Shown: positions 46,784 through 57,014, counted from the stretch's first letter. The stretch: DNA of 64,000 bases from Erythrobacter sp. (GCF_036351135.1 NZ_JAZBON010000022.1:7351-71350), one strand, 5' to 3'. A program made the numbers and translations. Notes: a model not told the origin generated them from the sequence alone.

Positions 46784-46957
46784 GGCTTCGCTTTCCTACA
46801 GGATGGAACACATGGAACACGGTCCTGGGGAAGAAAAAGCGGCTCGTTCCTGCCGATTGCAGGCAGGCGATGCCAGCGGTTCGCAATAAGGGTTCGGGAC
46901 TTCGTCATAGCCGCTTCATAAGACCGGGACGCGGTGTAGGACAGTTGCTCAATTTTC

Positions 46958-47048
46958 GTCATTGCGAGCGGCGAAGCCGCGCGGCAATCCAGGGCCTCGC
47001 GCTCCGAAGTCCCGGATTGCCGCGCTCCCTGCGGTCGCTCGCAATGAC
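46958..47048. repeat. ~91-bp nested-palindrome intergenic repeat ('cattgcgagcg...cgctcgcaatg' type)
   Basis: The outer arms gtcattgcgagcg (46958-46970) and cgctcgcaatgac (47036-47048) are exact inverted repeats. The inner arms gcggcaatccaggg and cccggattgccgc are also inverted. The element starts 3 nt after the gcdH stop (minus strand). Confidence 0.75.
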
Positions 47049-47050
47049 AT

Positions 47051-48298
47051 TTATGCAAACGCCGCAATTCCCGTGATCGCGCGGCCGAGGATCAGCGCGT
47101 GGACGTCATGCGTGCCCTCATAGGTGTTGACCGTTTCGAGGTTCACCATATGGCGCATCACCTGATATTCCTCGGAAATGCCGTTGCCGCCATGCATGTC
47201 GCGCGCGACCCGCGCGATGTCGAGCGCCTTGCCGACATTGTTGCGCTTGACGACCGAGATCATGTCGGGGCTGAAGCGTCCTTCATCCATCAGGCGACCG
47301 ACCCGAAGCGAAGCCTGAAGTCCGAGCGATATGTCGGTCAGCATATCAGCGAGCTTCTTCTGGAACAGCTGCGTAGCGGCTAGCGGGCGACCGAACTGCT
47401 TGCGATCGAGCCCGTATTGGCGTGCGGCATGCATGCAGAATTCCGCCGCGCCCATCGCGCCCCAGCTGATTCCGTAACGCGCGCGGTTGAGGCAGCCGAA
47501 GGGGCCTTTCAGGCCCTGTACGTTCGGAAGCAGCGCATCGGCGGGCAGCTTGACCTCGTCCATCACGATCATGCCGGTGGTCGAGGCGCGCAGACTGATC
47601 TTGCCCTCGATCTTGGGAGCCGAAAGTCCTTCCATGCCCTTTTCGAGGATGAAGCCGCGGATGGCGCCATCATGCTCTTCGCTCTTGGCCCAAACCACGA
47701 AGACGTCGGCGAAAGGCGAATTGGAAATCCAGGTTTTCGAACCTGAGATCGAATAACCATCACCGTCTTTCTTGGCGAAGGTCTTCATCCCCGCAGGGTC
47801 GCTGCCCGCATCGGGCTCGGTCAAGCCGAAGCAACCGATCAGCTCACCGCTCGCAAGACCGGGGAGATATTTCTGCCGTTGCTCCTCGGAGCCATAGGCG
47901 TAAATCGGGTGCATGACGAGGCTCGACTGGACGCTCGCCATCGAGCGATAGCCGCTGTCGACCCGCTCGATCTCGCGGGCGATCAAGCCGTAGGCGACAT
48001 AGCTCGCATCCGCGCCGCCAAGTTCCGCCGGAATGGTCGCTCCCAGCAGCCCCGCCTTGCCCATCAGTGGGAAAAGCTCGGGCGTGCTCAGCTCTTCGCG
48101 AAACGCCTCGATCACACGCGGTTGCAGCTCGCTTTGCGCAAAGCCGCGCGCGGCATCGCGGATCATGCGTTCGTCCTCGGTCAGCTGGCTTTCGAGGTCG
48201 AACGGGTCTTCCCAATTGAAGGGGACGATCCCGGCCGAGGCGAGATCGGCGGAAGGGGGCGCGTGCACTGGTTGCTCCTGAAACTCGTTATCCCGCAC
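47051..48298 (-). CDS. gcdH: Glutaryl-CoA dehydrogenase
   Basis: 415 aa. [57 protein letters not shown] and [14 protein letters not shown] are typical of GCDH. Confidence 0.85.
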   Translation of the reverse strand: MRDNEFQEQPVHAPPSADLASAGIVPFNWEDPFDLESQLTEDERMIRDAARGFAQSELQPRVIEAFREELSTPELFPLMGKAGLLGATIPAELGGADASYVAYGLIAREIERVDSGYRSMASVQSSLVMHPIYAYGSEEQRQKYLPGLASGELIGCFGLTEPDAGSDPAGMKTFAKKDGDGYSISGSKTWISNSPFADVFVVWAKSEEHDGAIRGFILEKGMEGLSAPKIEGKISLRASTTGMIVMDEVKLPADALLPNVQGLKGPFGCLNRARYGISWGAMGAAEFCMHAARQYGLDRKQFGRPLAATQLFQKKLADMLTDISLGLQASLRVGRLMDEGRFSPDMISVVKRNNVGKALDIARVARDMHGGNGISEEYQVMRHMVNLETVNTYEGTHDVHALILGRAITGIAAFA

Positions 48299-48418
48299 CC
48301 GCTTTCGCAGGCTTTGTCCGGGCTCGCAAGGGAACGGACCTATTCGTTCGCGCGAAGAGCGCGGCCCCGCAGCGGATCGGGCGGAAGCAGGAGGTTTCGT
48401 CGGGCGGCTGGAAGGCCG

Positions 48419-48781
48419 TTAAGCGGCTGCAGGCTGAACCGCGTGATTGACCGCGTTAAGCATGTCGGCGGGCGGACACGGCTTCATCAACACGGTCGCG
48501 TCGGGGAAACGATCGACGACTTCCTGTGCGCTGAGGCTGCCCGAGTGAAAGATCACCGGCACTAGTTTTTCGCGCAGCTTCTCCGCGAAGGAGAAGATAT
48601 TGCCGTCGCGCAATTCGACGTCGAGAATGGCAACGTCGGGCCGCGCATTGTCGCAGGCGTCCGCGGCCGAAGCGATGCCCGAATGCGGACCCTCGACCTC
48701 GAAGCCGGCCTCTTCGACCGTTTCGCACAGGTCGAAGGCAACGACCATTTCGTCTTCGGCAATCAGTATTCTGCGTGTCAT
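48419..48781 (-). CDS. Single-domain response regulator (CheY-like receiver)
   Basis: The start at 48781 gives MTRRILIAEDEMVVAFDL. Phospho-acceptor context DVAILDVELRDG. Conserved Lys context VLMKPC. No output domain. Confidence 0.85.
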   Translation of the reverse strand: MTRRILIAEDEMVVAFDLCETVEEAGFEVEGPHSGIASAADACDNARPDVAILDVELRDGNIFSFAEKLREKLVPVIFHSGSLSAQEVVDRFPDATVLMKPCPPADMLNAVNHAVQPAAA

Positions 48782-48874
48782 TAGACACTCCATCTCCAAC
48801 GACTCTGATCCCGACATCGTTAGGTCTAACACGGAATGCGGGCGAGCCCCATTTTTTTCTTACGCAATAAACCT

Positions 48875-49573
48875 TTAGCGGCTCCCGCCGAATCTTTCAG
48901 CATGCGCCTGCGCATCCCCGCTCTTGAGCAGCTGCGCCTGTTCCACCCACTTGTCGCGGCGAATGCGTCCGGCGAACTTCCCGAGCGAGGCGTCGATCTC
49001 GTCGATGTCCTGCTCGCTCCAACTGGCGATCTGCGCGAAAGTGGTGATTCCGCGCGCCTGCAATTGCGCCGCCAGTTTCGGCCCCAGACCCTTGATCCGG
49101 GTGAGATGATCGCCCGCATCCGTCGCGCCGTCGCCCATTTGTGCTGCGGGTGGATGCGCGCCCGGCTCCTTGCCGGGGCCGGCGCGTGCAGGCTGGGGGC
49201 CGGCGCTGGGCGGCGCGCTGGTTGCCTGGGCCGGATCGGTGACGGGGCGCGTCGTCGTGCTCGGCGCGACGCTGGCGCCGGCTTCGGCGTCGGCCGTTTC
49301 CGAGGCATGGGCGACCTTGCGCGTATTGGCGGCCGCGCTGGTGTCCCCGAAGGAGTGCTCCATGCTCTCATGCCCGTCGATCAGCGCCTGATTGCGCTTG
49401 GCCCGCGGCGCGCCCTCGTCGAGCACATCGCCGCCGCTGCTTTCATCCTCGACGATATTGGTGGTCCGGCGCGAACGGGCGACCCACCAGATGACGAGCA
49501 GCAGGACGACGAGAGCTACGATAATGAAGGGGAGGGCGGTTTCGAAACCGGGGGGCATGGAGTCTCCTGTCAA
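48875..49573 (-). CDS. Membrane-anchored protein with disordered Ala/Pro-rich linker and C-terminal helix-hairpin-helix-like domain
   Basis: TM helix LPFIIVALVVLLLVIWWV. The C-terminus LTRIKGLGPKLAAQLQARGITTFAQIASWSEQDIDEID is HhH-like. The start may be the Met at 49558. Confidence 0.6.
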   Translation of the reverse strand: MTGDSMPPGFETALPFIIVALVVLLLVIWWVARSRRTTNIVEDESSGGDVLDEGAPRAKRNQALIDGHESMEHSFGDTSAAANTRKVAHASETADAEAGASVAPSTTTRPVTDPAQATSAPPSAGPQPARAGPGKEPGAHPPAAQMGDGATDAGDHLTRIKGLGPKLAAQLQARGITTFAQIASWSEQDIDEIDASLGKFAGRIRRDKWVEQAQLLKSGDAQAHAERFGGSR

Positions 49574-49711
49574 GCGGTTTGGACGGCGGCGGCGCGCGAA
49601 TCAGCCTACGCGACCCGGCGCACATGCAAGAAGCGGCCCGAACCGCTTAAGGTTCCGACCGCTCTTGCGAAACCTGCGTAAAAATCGGCGCAGCTTCGCG
49701 TTTGCCGATCC

Positions 49712-51421
49712 CTATCCCCCGCCGCGGGCGGAGGCGGCGATGGCGTTCAACTCGAGGAATTCCTGCCGCCAGAAATTGCTCTGACGCCCGGCGAGAGCGC
49801 CGACATCCTCGTGGTCGAAGCCCATCATCAGCTCGTCGCCGCGCAGGATCTGGCCATAGGCGGCGACCGCCGCGGCGAATGCGAAGTCACCCGTGGGGGC
49901 GCTCGCCCGCGCGAGGCGGTCGGCGTCGACCACCTGGGTGATGAGGCGCGATGTGTCCTCGCCCGGCAGCTTGTAGCGCAGCTTGACGAAGGCCGCCTCC
50001 GCCGCTCGTTCGCGCGCGGTATCGCTCACCGCATCCTCGTAGCGGCGCGCTGAGATCCAGCCCGCGCCATCCGCGGGCGCGACTTCGTAGATCGCGGTCA
50101 CCTGATGGCCGGCGCCGATATCGCCCGCATCGACCGCGTCATTGTCGAAATCCTCTTCGCGCAGCGCCCGGTTCTCGTAGCCGACGAGGCGATACTGGCC
50201 GATCACCGCCGGGTTGAACTCGACCTGGATCTTGACGTCGCTGGCGATGGTGAAAAGCGTCGAGCTCATCTCATCGCCCAACACCTTCTTCGCTTCCAGC
50301 GCGCTGTCGATATAGGCGTAATTGCCGTTCCCGTGATTGGCGATCTGCTCCATCATCGCCTCGTTGTAATTGCCTTGGCCGAAACCCAGCGTGGTCAGCG
50401 TGATGTCGCGCTTGCGGTAACGCTCGATCATTTCGACCAGCGCATCGCGGTCCGACACGCCGACATTGAAATCGCCGTCGGTCGCGAGGATCACGCGGTT
50501 GACCCCGCCTTCGATGAAGTTGTCCTCGGCGATGTTGTAGGCGAGTTCGAGCCCTGCGCCCCCGGCGGTCGATCCGCCGGCCTGAAGCTGATCCAGCGCG
50601 CGGCGAATGGCGCGCGTGTCGCTGGTGGGTTCGAGCACCAGGCCCGCCGCACCGGCATAGACGACGATCGACACGCGGTCCTCATCGCCAAGCTCGCCCG
50701 CAAGTCCTGCCAGCGCGGTCTTGACCAGCGGCAGCTTGTCCGGGCGGTTCATCGAGCCGGAAACATCCATCAGGAAGACGAGATTGGCGGGCGGGCGTTC
50801 GCCCTGCGCAATGTCGTAGCCGCGAAGGCCGATGCGCATGAGATAGGTGTCCTCGTTCCACGGCGTCGTCGCCAGATCGACGCTGGTGGTGAAGGGCACC
50901 TCGCGCGTGCCGGGGCGCGGATAATCGTAGCGGAAATAGTTGATCATCTCCTCGGTGCGCACCGCGTCGCGCGGCGGCACGGTGCCCTGCCTCAGGAACC
51001 GGCGGGCATTGGCATAGGCGCCGGTATCGACATCGACGCTGAAAGTGCTGACCGGTTCGCGCGCCGCGAGCTTGACTGGCGAGACCTCTTCGCCGGCATA
51101 GCGTTCGCGGCCCGGATCGGCGGGCACGACAACGGGCGGCACGTGGTAGCGCGATTGCGCAGACACTTCGGCCTGCTCGGCAGCGATAACGGGAAGCGGC
51201 GTGGCGCTGTCCATCGCGCCGAAGGATACGCGGCTGCCAGTGACGGTGATGGCCTGAGGTGGGGGAGGGGGCGGAGCCGGAGGAGGCGGCGGCGGCGGCG
51301 ATTGGCTGGCGTCCGATCCGGCCTTGGAGGCGGTGGTCACGATCGTCTCGCTCTCGTTCGCGGCGCATCCGGCAAGTGCCAGGACCAGCGCCGCGCTCAC
51401 GGCCGTCATCACATATCGCAT
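49712..51421 (-). CDS. von Willebrand factor A domain lipoprotein (YfbK-like)
   Basis: 569 aa. Lipobox LALAGC, a poly-Pro linker, the MIDAS motif LVFLMDVSGSM, and a long conserved C-terminal extension. Confidence 0.85.
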   Translation of the reverse strand: MRYVMTAVSAALVLALAGCAANESETIVTTASKAGSDASQSPPPPPPPAPPPPPPQAITVTGSRVSFGAMDSATPLPVIAAEQAEVSAQSRYHVPPVVVPADPGRERYAGEEVSPVKLAAREPVSTFSVDVDTGAYANARRFLRQGTVPPRDAVRTEEMINYFRYDYPRPGTREVPFTTSVDLATTPWNEDTYLMRIGLRGYDIAQGERPPANLVFLMDVSGSMNRPDKLPLVKTALAGLAGELGDEDRVSIVVYAGAAGLVLEPTSDTRAIRRALDQLQAGGSTAGGAGLELAYNIAEDNFIEGGVNRVILATDGDFNVGVSDRDALVEMIERYRKRDITLTTLGFGQGNYNEAMMEQIANHGNGNYAYIDSALEAKKVLGDEMSSTLFTIASDVKIQVEFNPAVIGQYRLVGYENRALREEDFDNDAVDAGDIGAGHQVTAIYEVAPADGAGWISARRYEDAVSDTARERAAEAAFVKLRYKLPGEDTSRLITQVVDADRLARASAPTGDFAFAAAVAAYGQILRGDELMMGFDHEDVGALAGRQSNFWRQEFLELNAIAASARGGG

Positions 51422-51524
51422 GTCAGTCCCCTTCGAACCTCTCGCTCCCGAAGGTCACGCCGGGCCTGTGAATAGCGACTGAACGCTCCGAATCAGCGAC
51501 GAAACGCGGGCTGGCGGGGGCCCC

Positions 51525-53042
51525 TTAAGACCCCTGCGAAGCCGCATCCTCGTCCGGCTCGCTCGCGACGTTGCGCCGGAACAGCACCTTGTCCGCTTCG
51601 TCGAAGCCATAGCGCCAGATCATCCAGAGATAGACGCCGAGGATGAGCGGCCCGCCGATCGCCAGCTCGACCCATTCGGGGGTGAACTGCGTGAAGACGA
51701 TGCCGACAAGGGTTGCCGGCGCGGCGGCATAGAGCAGCGCCCAACGCCAGTTGGAGACCGGCGCCTTTAACAAAGTGCGGAGCACGCGCGCCTTCACCAT
51801 GCTCGAGATGGCGAGGGCGATGAACAGGGCCGCGGCAGCGCCCGCCGCCTGAAACCCTTCGCCAAGACCATATCGCTTCGCCAGCAGGATTAAACCAACG
51901 GTCAGCACCGCCTGCAGGCTTATGACGCCGACCGAGATCGCGAGGTTTCGCTTCCTCGCGATATAGACCAGCACGCCTTCGGAGACGACCGCCATCGAAG
52001 CGACCACTTCGGCGGCAAGCAGCGTTGCGAGCGCCCCCGTCCCGCCGACGATCGCCGGTCCGCCAAGCCCCATCACCGCCTCGCCCGGTATCGCCAGCAT
52101 CAGCGCGATGCCGACTTGCAGCGCGATGATCCAGAAGCCGACCTGACGCGCCTGCGCCGCGATCGCGGTCATGTTGCCGGTCTTCAAATTCTTGGTGATG
52201 ACGGGCGAAAGGATCGGTTCGAAACTGGTCTTTAGCTTCTGCGGCAGGCTGACCACCTCCTTGGCGAACCAGTAGATGCCGACCGTGGCCGCCGAGGTAA
52301 ACTGGCCGAGCAGGAACACGTCGAGCAGCCGCGTCCCGCGCTCGATCACGTCGGCGCCGACCAGCGGCAGGGCGCGCGCGGTCATCTTGAAAAGATAGCG
52401 CGGACGCGGGCGCCAGCCGCGCGGCAGGCCGTAGGTCTTGAGGAAGGCGTAGAGCGAGGTTGCGAGCGCGGCATAGATCGCCCCGATAAAGGCGAGCGCG
52501 ATGCCGCCGCTCGCCAGCGCGGGCACGAAGAACAGGCCCGCGACCAGGATCGATTTGGCCCAAGGCTCGACCAGCGCACGGGCACGCACGGTCGTGGCGA
52601 TGTCGTAGCGATAGGCCTGTGCGGCAAGCAGGATCTCGGTCAGCGCGAAGGCGGGGATCGCGGCGATCATCCACATGTCGAACCGGCTGTTCGTGCCGCT
52701 GGGAAAGACGATCACGGGAAAGGCGACCAACAGCGCGCAGGCGACGATGCTCACCAGCAGCGAGGCCAGCATCCCGTCGAACACCAGGTTCACCTTGGTG
52801 CGCTGCGCCGCGGCGCCGCCTTCGCGCGCCGCCCCCTCGGTCAGCCGCTGGGCCAGCCCACGCTTCTCACCAAGCGCGCAGACCAGCGCGAAAAGCTCGA
52901 TCACGACAAAGGCCGCGGCGAAGCGGCCCATCTCGTCGACGCCGTAGAGCCGGAAGCCGACGAAGAGAAACGGAAGCCCGCCAATCAGGCGCAGGACGAA
53001 GCCGAGCGTGTTGGTGCGCCCGCCTTTGGCGAGCGTCGCCAT
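51525..53042 (-). CDS. Polysaccharide/oligosaccharide flippase-like multi-pass membrane protein (Wzx/MATE-like superfamily)
   Basis: From MATLAKGGRTNTLGFVLRLIGGLPFLFVGF onward there are at least 12 hydrophobic segments. The 215-codon track extension (to 53687) overlaps gpsA and is Arg-rich. An alternative GTG at 53150 forms a GTGA overlap with the gpsA stop. Confidence 0.65.
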   Translation of the reverse strand: MATLAKGGRTNTLGFVLRLIGGLPFLFVGFRLYGVDEMGRFAAAFVVIELFALVCALGEKRGLAQRLTEGAAREGGAAAQRTKVNLVFDGMLASLLVSIVACALLVAFPVIVFPSGTNSRFDMWMIAAIPAFALTEILLAAQAYRYDIATTVRARALVEPWAKSILVAGLFFVPALASGGIALAFIGAIYAALATSLYAFLKTYGLPRGWRPRPRYLFKMTARALPLVGADVIERGTRLLDVFLLGQFTSAATVGIYWFAKEVVSLPQKLKTSFEPILSPVITKNLKTGNMTAIAAQARQVGFWIIALQVGIALMLAIPGEAVMGLGGPAIVGGTGALATLLAAEVVASMAVVSEGVLVYIARKRNLAISVGVISLQAVLTVGLILLAKRYGLGEGFQAAGAAAALFIALAISSMVKARVLRTLLKAPVSNWRWALLYAAAPATLVGIVFTQFTPEWVELAIGGPLILGVYLWMIWRYGFDEADKVLFRRNVASEPDEDAASQGS

Positions 53043-53146
53043 ATCGTCGCCGCCCGCGATCCCTGCCTGCGGGGTTCCGGCAGGCTTTCCGGAAGGCGCG
53101 CCGGTCTCGGGGGCGGGCCGGGATGCGCCCGGACGGCTTGTGTCGC

Positions 53147-54154
53147 TCACGCCAGGTCCGTCTGGTCCGCCGCCTGTTCGGCGGTGAGCGGGCGGGCTAG
53201 CAGCCGATCGACCACTTTGCGAGGGGGCGCCCCTTCGAGAATGGCGTTGACCGCGGCGGTGATCGGCATGGCGATGTCGCCCTGATCGGCGAGCCGGGCG
53301 AGAACCGGCGCGGTATGCGCGCCTTCGGCGACGGTGGTGCGATCGGCCATCAGTTCGGCGGCGCTGCGCCCTTCGCCAAGCGCCTTGCCGAGCGAGAAAT
53401 TGCGGCTGCTGGTCGAAGAGCAGGTGAGCACCAGATCGCCGAGGCCGCACAGGCCCGCCAGCGTCTCCGCCTGTGCGCCCAACGCTTCGCCGAAGCGCTG
53501 CATTTCGGCATAGCCGCGCGCGATTAGCGCGGCGCGCGCATTCTGGCCGAGCGCCAACCCGTCGACCACGCCGCAGGCGATGGCGAGGACGTTCTTGATC
53601 GCGCCGCCGATTTCCGCGCCGGTGACGTCGTCCGAATAATAGGGCCGGAAGGTTCGCCGCGCGATGGCGGGGGCGAGCCGCTCCCATTGCGCAGCGCCGC
53701 CTTCGCAGGCGAGCGTAACGGCGGTCGGCAGGCCGCGTGCGACTTCATGCGCGAATGTGGGGCCGGAGAGCACCGCGATGGCGCTGCCTGGCGAGGCCTC
53801 GCGCGCGACATCGTTCATGAGCCGTCCGGTCTCCGCCTCGATGCCCTTGGAGCACAGCACGAGATCCCGCGGCGACTTGGGAAGCCTCGAGAGCACCTCG
53901 CCGAGCAATTGTGCCGGGGTGACGGCAAGGACAATGTCGATATCGACGAGGTCGGCAAGATCGGTGGTCGCGCGGATCGTATCGGCAAGGGCCGCGTCGG
54001 GCAGGTAGGGGGGGTTGCGGCGCTCGGCATTGATCGCCTCGGCAACGTCGGCTTCATAGGCCCAGATGGTCACCTCACGCCCGTCGCTGGCAAGCATCTG
54101 CGCGAGCGCGGTGCCCCACGCCCCTGCGCCGATGACGCCGACGCGCTGGCTCAT
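53147..54154 (-). CDS. gpsA: NAD(P)H-dependent glycerol-3-phosphate dehydrogenase
   Basis: The start at 54154 (ATGA overlap with the tsaD stop) gives [22 protein letters not shown]. Also NPPYLP, the GLGDLVLTC context, and [11 protein letters not shown]. Confidence 0.9.
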   Translation of the reverse strand: MSQRVGVIGAGAWGTALAQMLASDGREVTIWAYEADVAEAINAERRNPPYLPDAALADTIRATTDLADLVDIDIVLAVTPAQLLGEVLSRLPKSPRDLVLCSKGIEAETGRLMNDVAREASPGSAIAVLSGPTFAHEVARGLPTAVTLACEGGAAQWERLAPAIARRTFRPYYSDDVTGAEIGGAIKNVLAIACGVVDGLALGQNARAALIARGYAEMQRFGEALGAQAETLAGLCGLGDLVLTCSSTSSRNFSLGKALGEGRSAAELMADRTTVAEGAHTAPVLARLADQGDIAMPITAAVNAILEGAPPRKVVDRLLARPLTAEQAADQTDLA

Positions 54155-55323
54155 GCCTTCACCCCTGCACCGCGCACCTTTTCGGCTTCCGGATCGAGCG
54201 GCCAGCGTGGGCGGGCTTTGAGATCGAGCGGATCGCCAACGAAAACGGGATCCAGCGTGAGGCGCTCGCACCCCGCCCAGGCGATCATCGCCGCATTGTC
54301 GGTGCACAGCGCCAGCGGCGGCGCGCCGAACCGCATCGCATGGCCTGCCGCAAGCCCCTCGAGCGCGGCGCGCACCGCCTGGTTCGCGGCGACACCGCCT
54401 GCAACGACGAGGGCGGGGAATGGGCCGTGAGCTGCCAGCGCATGTTCGAGCCGGTCGATAAGACAGTCGATGGCAGCCTGCTGAAAGGAGGCGGCGATAT
54501 CGGCGTCCGTATAGCCAAGCGCCGTTCGTGCTGAGTTTATCGAAGCACCCGTTCGAGCTTGCCGAGAACCCATGCTTGCTCTCGGCTTCGCTCGAGCTGA
54601 CCCTTCGACAAGCTCAGGGCGAACGGGATCGGACTGGTTTTCCTTTGCCCGCAACACCGCGCTTTTCAGCCCGGCGAAGGAGAAATGCGGCTCCTTCGAT
54701 CCCTTCAAGGGCCGCGGTAGGTCCACCGCGCCCGCATCGCCCTCGTGCGCCAGCTTCTCCACCGCCGGCCCGCCGGGATAGCCCAGCCCCAGAATTTTAG
54801 CCGTCTTGTCAAAAGCCTCGCCCAGCGCATCGTCGATTGTCGTAGCAAGGCGGCGATATTCGCCCACCCCTTCGACGGCCAGGATCTGGCAGTGTCCACC
54901 CGAGACGAGCAGCAGCAGGTAGGGGAATGAAAGGTCGGCGTCCGCAAGACGCGGCGAGAGCGCGTGGCCTTCCAAGTGGTTGACCGCGATCAGTGGCTTG
55001 TCCGCCGCCATCGCCAGCGCCTTGCCGCTGATCAGCCCGACCATCACGCCGCCAATGAGGCCCGGCCCTGCGGTCGCAGCGATTGCGTCCATGTCGGCGA
55101 GCGCGAGGCCTGCATCCTCGAGCACCGCCTCGATCATCGGCGCCAGCCGTTCGGCATGGGCGCGCGCGGCGATTTCCGGGACGACGCCGCCATAGGGCGC
55201 GTGCTGCGCTTCCTGGCTCGCGATCCGCTGGGCCAGCACCCGCCGGTCCGACGCGACCACCGCCACCGCGGTTTCGTCGCAGCTGGATTCGATCCCCAGA
55301 ACAAGGCGGGTGCGTCCCTCCAT
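54151..55323 (-). CDS. tsaD: tRNA N6-adenosine threonylcarbamoyltransferase TsaD, carrying an in-frame 35-codon repeat insertion
   Basis: [28 protein letters not shown], the HLEGH motif and [11 protein letters not shown]. At 390 aa it is about 40 aa longer than the typical protein; see the repeat at 54522-54626. Confidence 0.9.
   Translation of the reverse strand: MEGRTRLVLGIESSCDETAVAVVASDRRVLAQRIASQEAQHAPYGGVVPEIAARAHAERLAPMIEAVLEDAGLALADMDAIAATAGPGLIGGVMVGLISGKALAMAADKPLIAVNHLEGHALSPRLADADLSFPYLLLLVSGGHCQILAVEGVGEYRRLATTIDDALGEAFDKTAKILGLGYPGGPAVEKLAHEGDAGAVDLPRPLKGSKEPHFSFAGLKSAVLRAKENQSDPVRPELVEGSARAKPRASMGSRQARTGASINSARTALGYTDADIAASFQQAAIDCLIDRLEHALAAHGPFPALVVAGGVAANQAVRAALEGLAAGHAMRFGAPPLALCTDNAAMIAWAGCERLTLDPVFVGDPLDLKARPRWPLDPEAEKVRGAGVKA
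54522..54626. mobile_element. 105-bp palindromic MITE/REP-like element ('VRPELVEG' family) inserted in frame in tsaD
   Basis: Terminal inverted repeats ccgttcgtgctgag / ctcagggcgaacgg. Its reverse complement aligns with 58058-58163 at roughly 85 percent identity by my manual alignment. Read in the tsaD frame it encodes [34 protein letters not shown]. Confidence 0.75.
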
Positions 55324-55383
55324 TGCGCTTCCATCTAGTCCCTGCCGAGGCTAGGGCAAGCGCCAAGCAAGGAGAGTATCGAG

Positions 55384-56334
55384 GTGAATGACGGCGCGGC
55401 AGGGGTGAAATTGCGACTGGGCACGCGCAATTCGCCGCTCGCCATGGCGCAGGCCCGCGAGGTGCGCGCAAGGGCGTGCGCGGCGCATGGGTGGAGCGAG
55501 GACAAGGTCGAACTGGTGCCGGTGGTGGCAAGCGGGGACAAGGTGCTCGATCGGCCGCTGGCCGAGATCGGCGGCAAGGCGTTGTGGACCAAGGAACTCG
55601 ATCAGTGGCTCGGCGAAGGACGGATCGACGCCTCGGTCCATTCGGCGAAGGATGTCGAGACAATCCGCCCCGATGCCTTCGCCTTCGCCGCCTGCCTGCC
55701 GCGCGCGGACCGGCGCGACAGTCTGGTGGGCGCGGACAGTATCGAGGAGATCGCGCAAGGGGCGATCGTGGGCACGTCGGCCCCGCGGCGGGCGGCGCAG
55801 CTGCTCAATTTGAGACCCGATTGCCGGATCGTCAGCTTTCGCGGCAATGTCGCCACCCGGCTTGCCAAGCTGGAAGCGGGCGAGGCGGACGTTACCTTCC
55901 TCGCCGCCGCAGGGCTCGAGCGGCTGGGCGAGACGGGCGTCGGCACGCCGTTGCCGGAAAGCGGGTGGATTCCAGCCGCCGCGCAAGGGGTGATCGTGGT
56001 CGAATGCCGCGCCGACGACGATGCTTCGCGCAGCGCGCTGGCGGCGCTCGACCATGCGCCCACCCGCGCCGAACTCGAAGCCGAACGCGCGCTGCTCGCC
56101 TGCCTTGGCGGCACCTGCCATTCGCCCGTCGCCGCGCTGGCCCGCGCCGCGGGCGAGGCGATCAGCCTGCGCGCCGCCCTGTTCAGTCCCGACGGCCGCG
56201 ACCGGGTCGAGGACGAAATCCGCCTCAGCACCGACAATCGCGCCGCGATCCAGACGCTTGCGAGCGATCTGCTGACGCGGGCCAGCCCGGCGATCCGCGC
56301 GCAGTTTGCGGGGGCGCCAGGGCGGGCCGGGTGA
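55384..56334 (+). CDS. hemC: Porphobilinogen deaminase (hydroxymethylbilane synthase)
   Basis: 316 aa, GTG start. LRLGTRNSPLAMAQA, GGKALWTKELD, DASVHSAKDV, FRGNVATRL, and LGGTCHSPVAA (cofactor Cys). Confidence 0.9.
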   Translation: MNDGAAGVKLRLGTRNSPLAMAQAREVRARACAAHGWSEDKVELVPVVASGDKVLDRPLAEIGGKALWTKELDQWLGEGRIDASVHSAKDVETIRPDAFAFAACLPRADRRDSLVGADSIEEIAQGAIVGTSAPRRAAQLLNLRPDCRIVSFRGNVATRLAKLEAGEADVTFLAAAGLERLGETGVGTPLPESGWIPAAAQGVIVVECRADDDASRSALAALDHAPTRAELEAERALLACLGGTCHSPVAALARAAGEAISLRAALFSPDGRDRVEDEIRLSTDNRAAIQTLASDLLTRASPAIRAQFAGAPGRAG

Positions 56335-57014
56335 GCGCCGGCGGCACAATCCTCGCCGTGCGCCCCGAGCCGGGGCTGTCCGTTACGCTGGCCCTCGCGA
56401 AGGGGATGGGCCTGAACGCACTCGGCCATCCCCTGTTCGAGATACGCCCGCGCGAATGGACCGTGCCCGATGCAGGCGGTTTCGACGGTCTGCTGATCGG
56501 CAGCGCCAATGCGCTGCGCCATGGCGGGGATGCGCTGGGGAACCTCGTCCATCTGCCGGTCTACGCGGTCGGCCGGGCAACCGCCGAAGCCGCGCGCGCC
56601 GCTGGCTTCACCGTCGCGGCGAGCGGCACGGGGGGCCTTCAGGCGGTGCTTGACGGGATCGAGGGCCCCGCGCGCCTGCTCAGGCTGGCGGGCGCGGAAC
56701 ATGTGCCGCTCGTTTCGCCCGCCGGCATGACGATCGAGGAGCGTATTACCTACCAGGCCGTCCCGCTCGAGCTTCCCGAACCTTTGCGCGCGCTCGATAC
56801 GCTGGCTCTAACCGTCCTCCTGCATTCCGCCGCCGCCGCCACCCGTTTCGCCGGCGAAAGCGCGCGGCTCGCCTGGCGCCGCAACGCCATCGCGCTCGCC
56901 TGTATCGGCCCGCGGGTCGCCGCGGCGGCGGGCGATGGCTGGCGCGCTGTCCACGTCGCGCCGCGCCCCGATGACCGTGCGCTGTTGGAAATGGTGCGCG
57001 CGCAGTGCATATAG
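56331..57014 (+). CDS. hemD: Uroporphyrinogen-III synthase (HemD-like)
   Basis: The GTG at 56331 forms a GTGA overlap with the hemC stop. It is the last 227 aa of track ORF 55476-57014. ILAVRPEPG...LLIGSANALRH...LLHSAAAATRF fits the HemD two-lobe pattern. The position after hemC supports the call. Confidence 0.7.
   Translation: MSAGGTILAVRPEPGLSVTLALAKGMGLNALGHPLFEIRPREWTVPDAGGFDGLLIGSANALRHGGDALGNLVHLPVYAVGRATAEAARAAGFTVAASGTGGLQAVLDGIEGPARLLRLAGAEHVPLVSPAGMTIEERITYQAVPLELPEPLRALDTLALTVLLHSAAAATRFAGESARLAWRRNAIALACIGPRVAAAAGDGWRAVHVAPRPDDRALLEMVRAQCI

Noticed and set aside
53043-53687. 215-codon N-terminal extension of the flippase-like ORF (track 51525-53687). Similar extensions occur for 42434-44143, 45115-46413, 5092-5298, 20943-21221, 26130-26270 and 34103-34339.
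   Set aside because: The extensions overlap well-supported neighbouring genes or operator-containing gaps, and they are Arg/Pro-rich. Internal starts give family-typical N-termini or signal peptides. For the flippase, a GTG at 53150 remains a possible alternative start.
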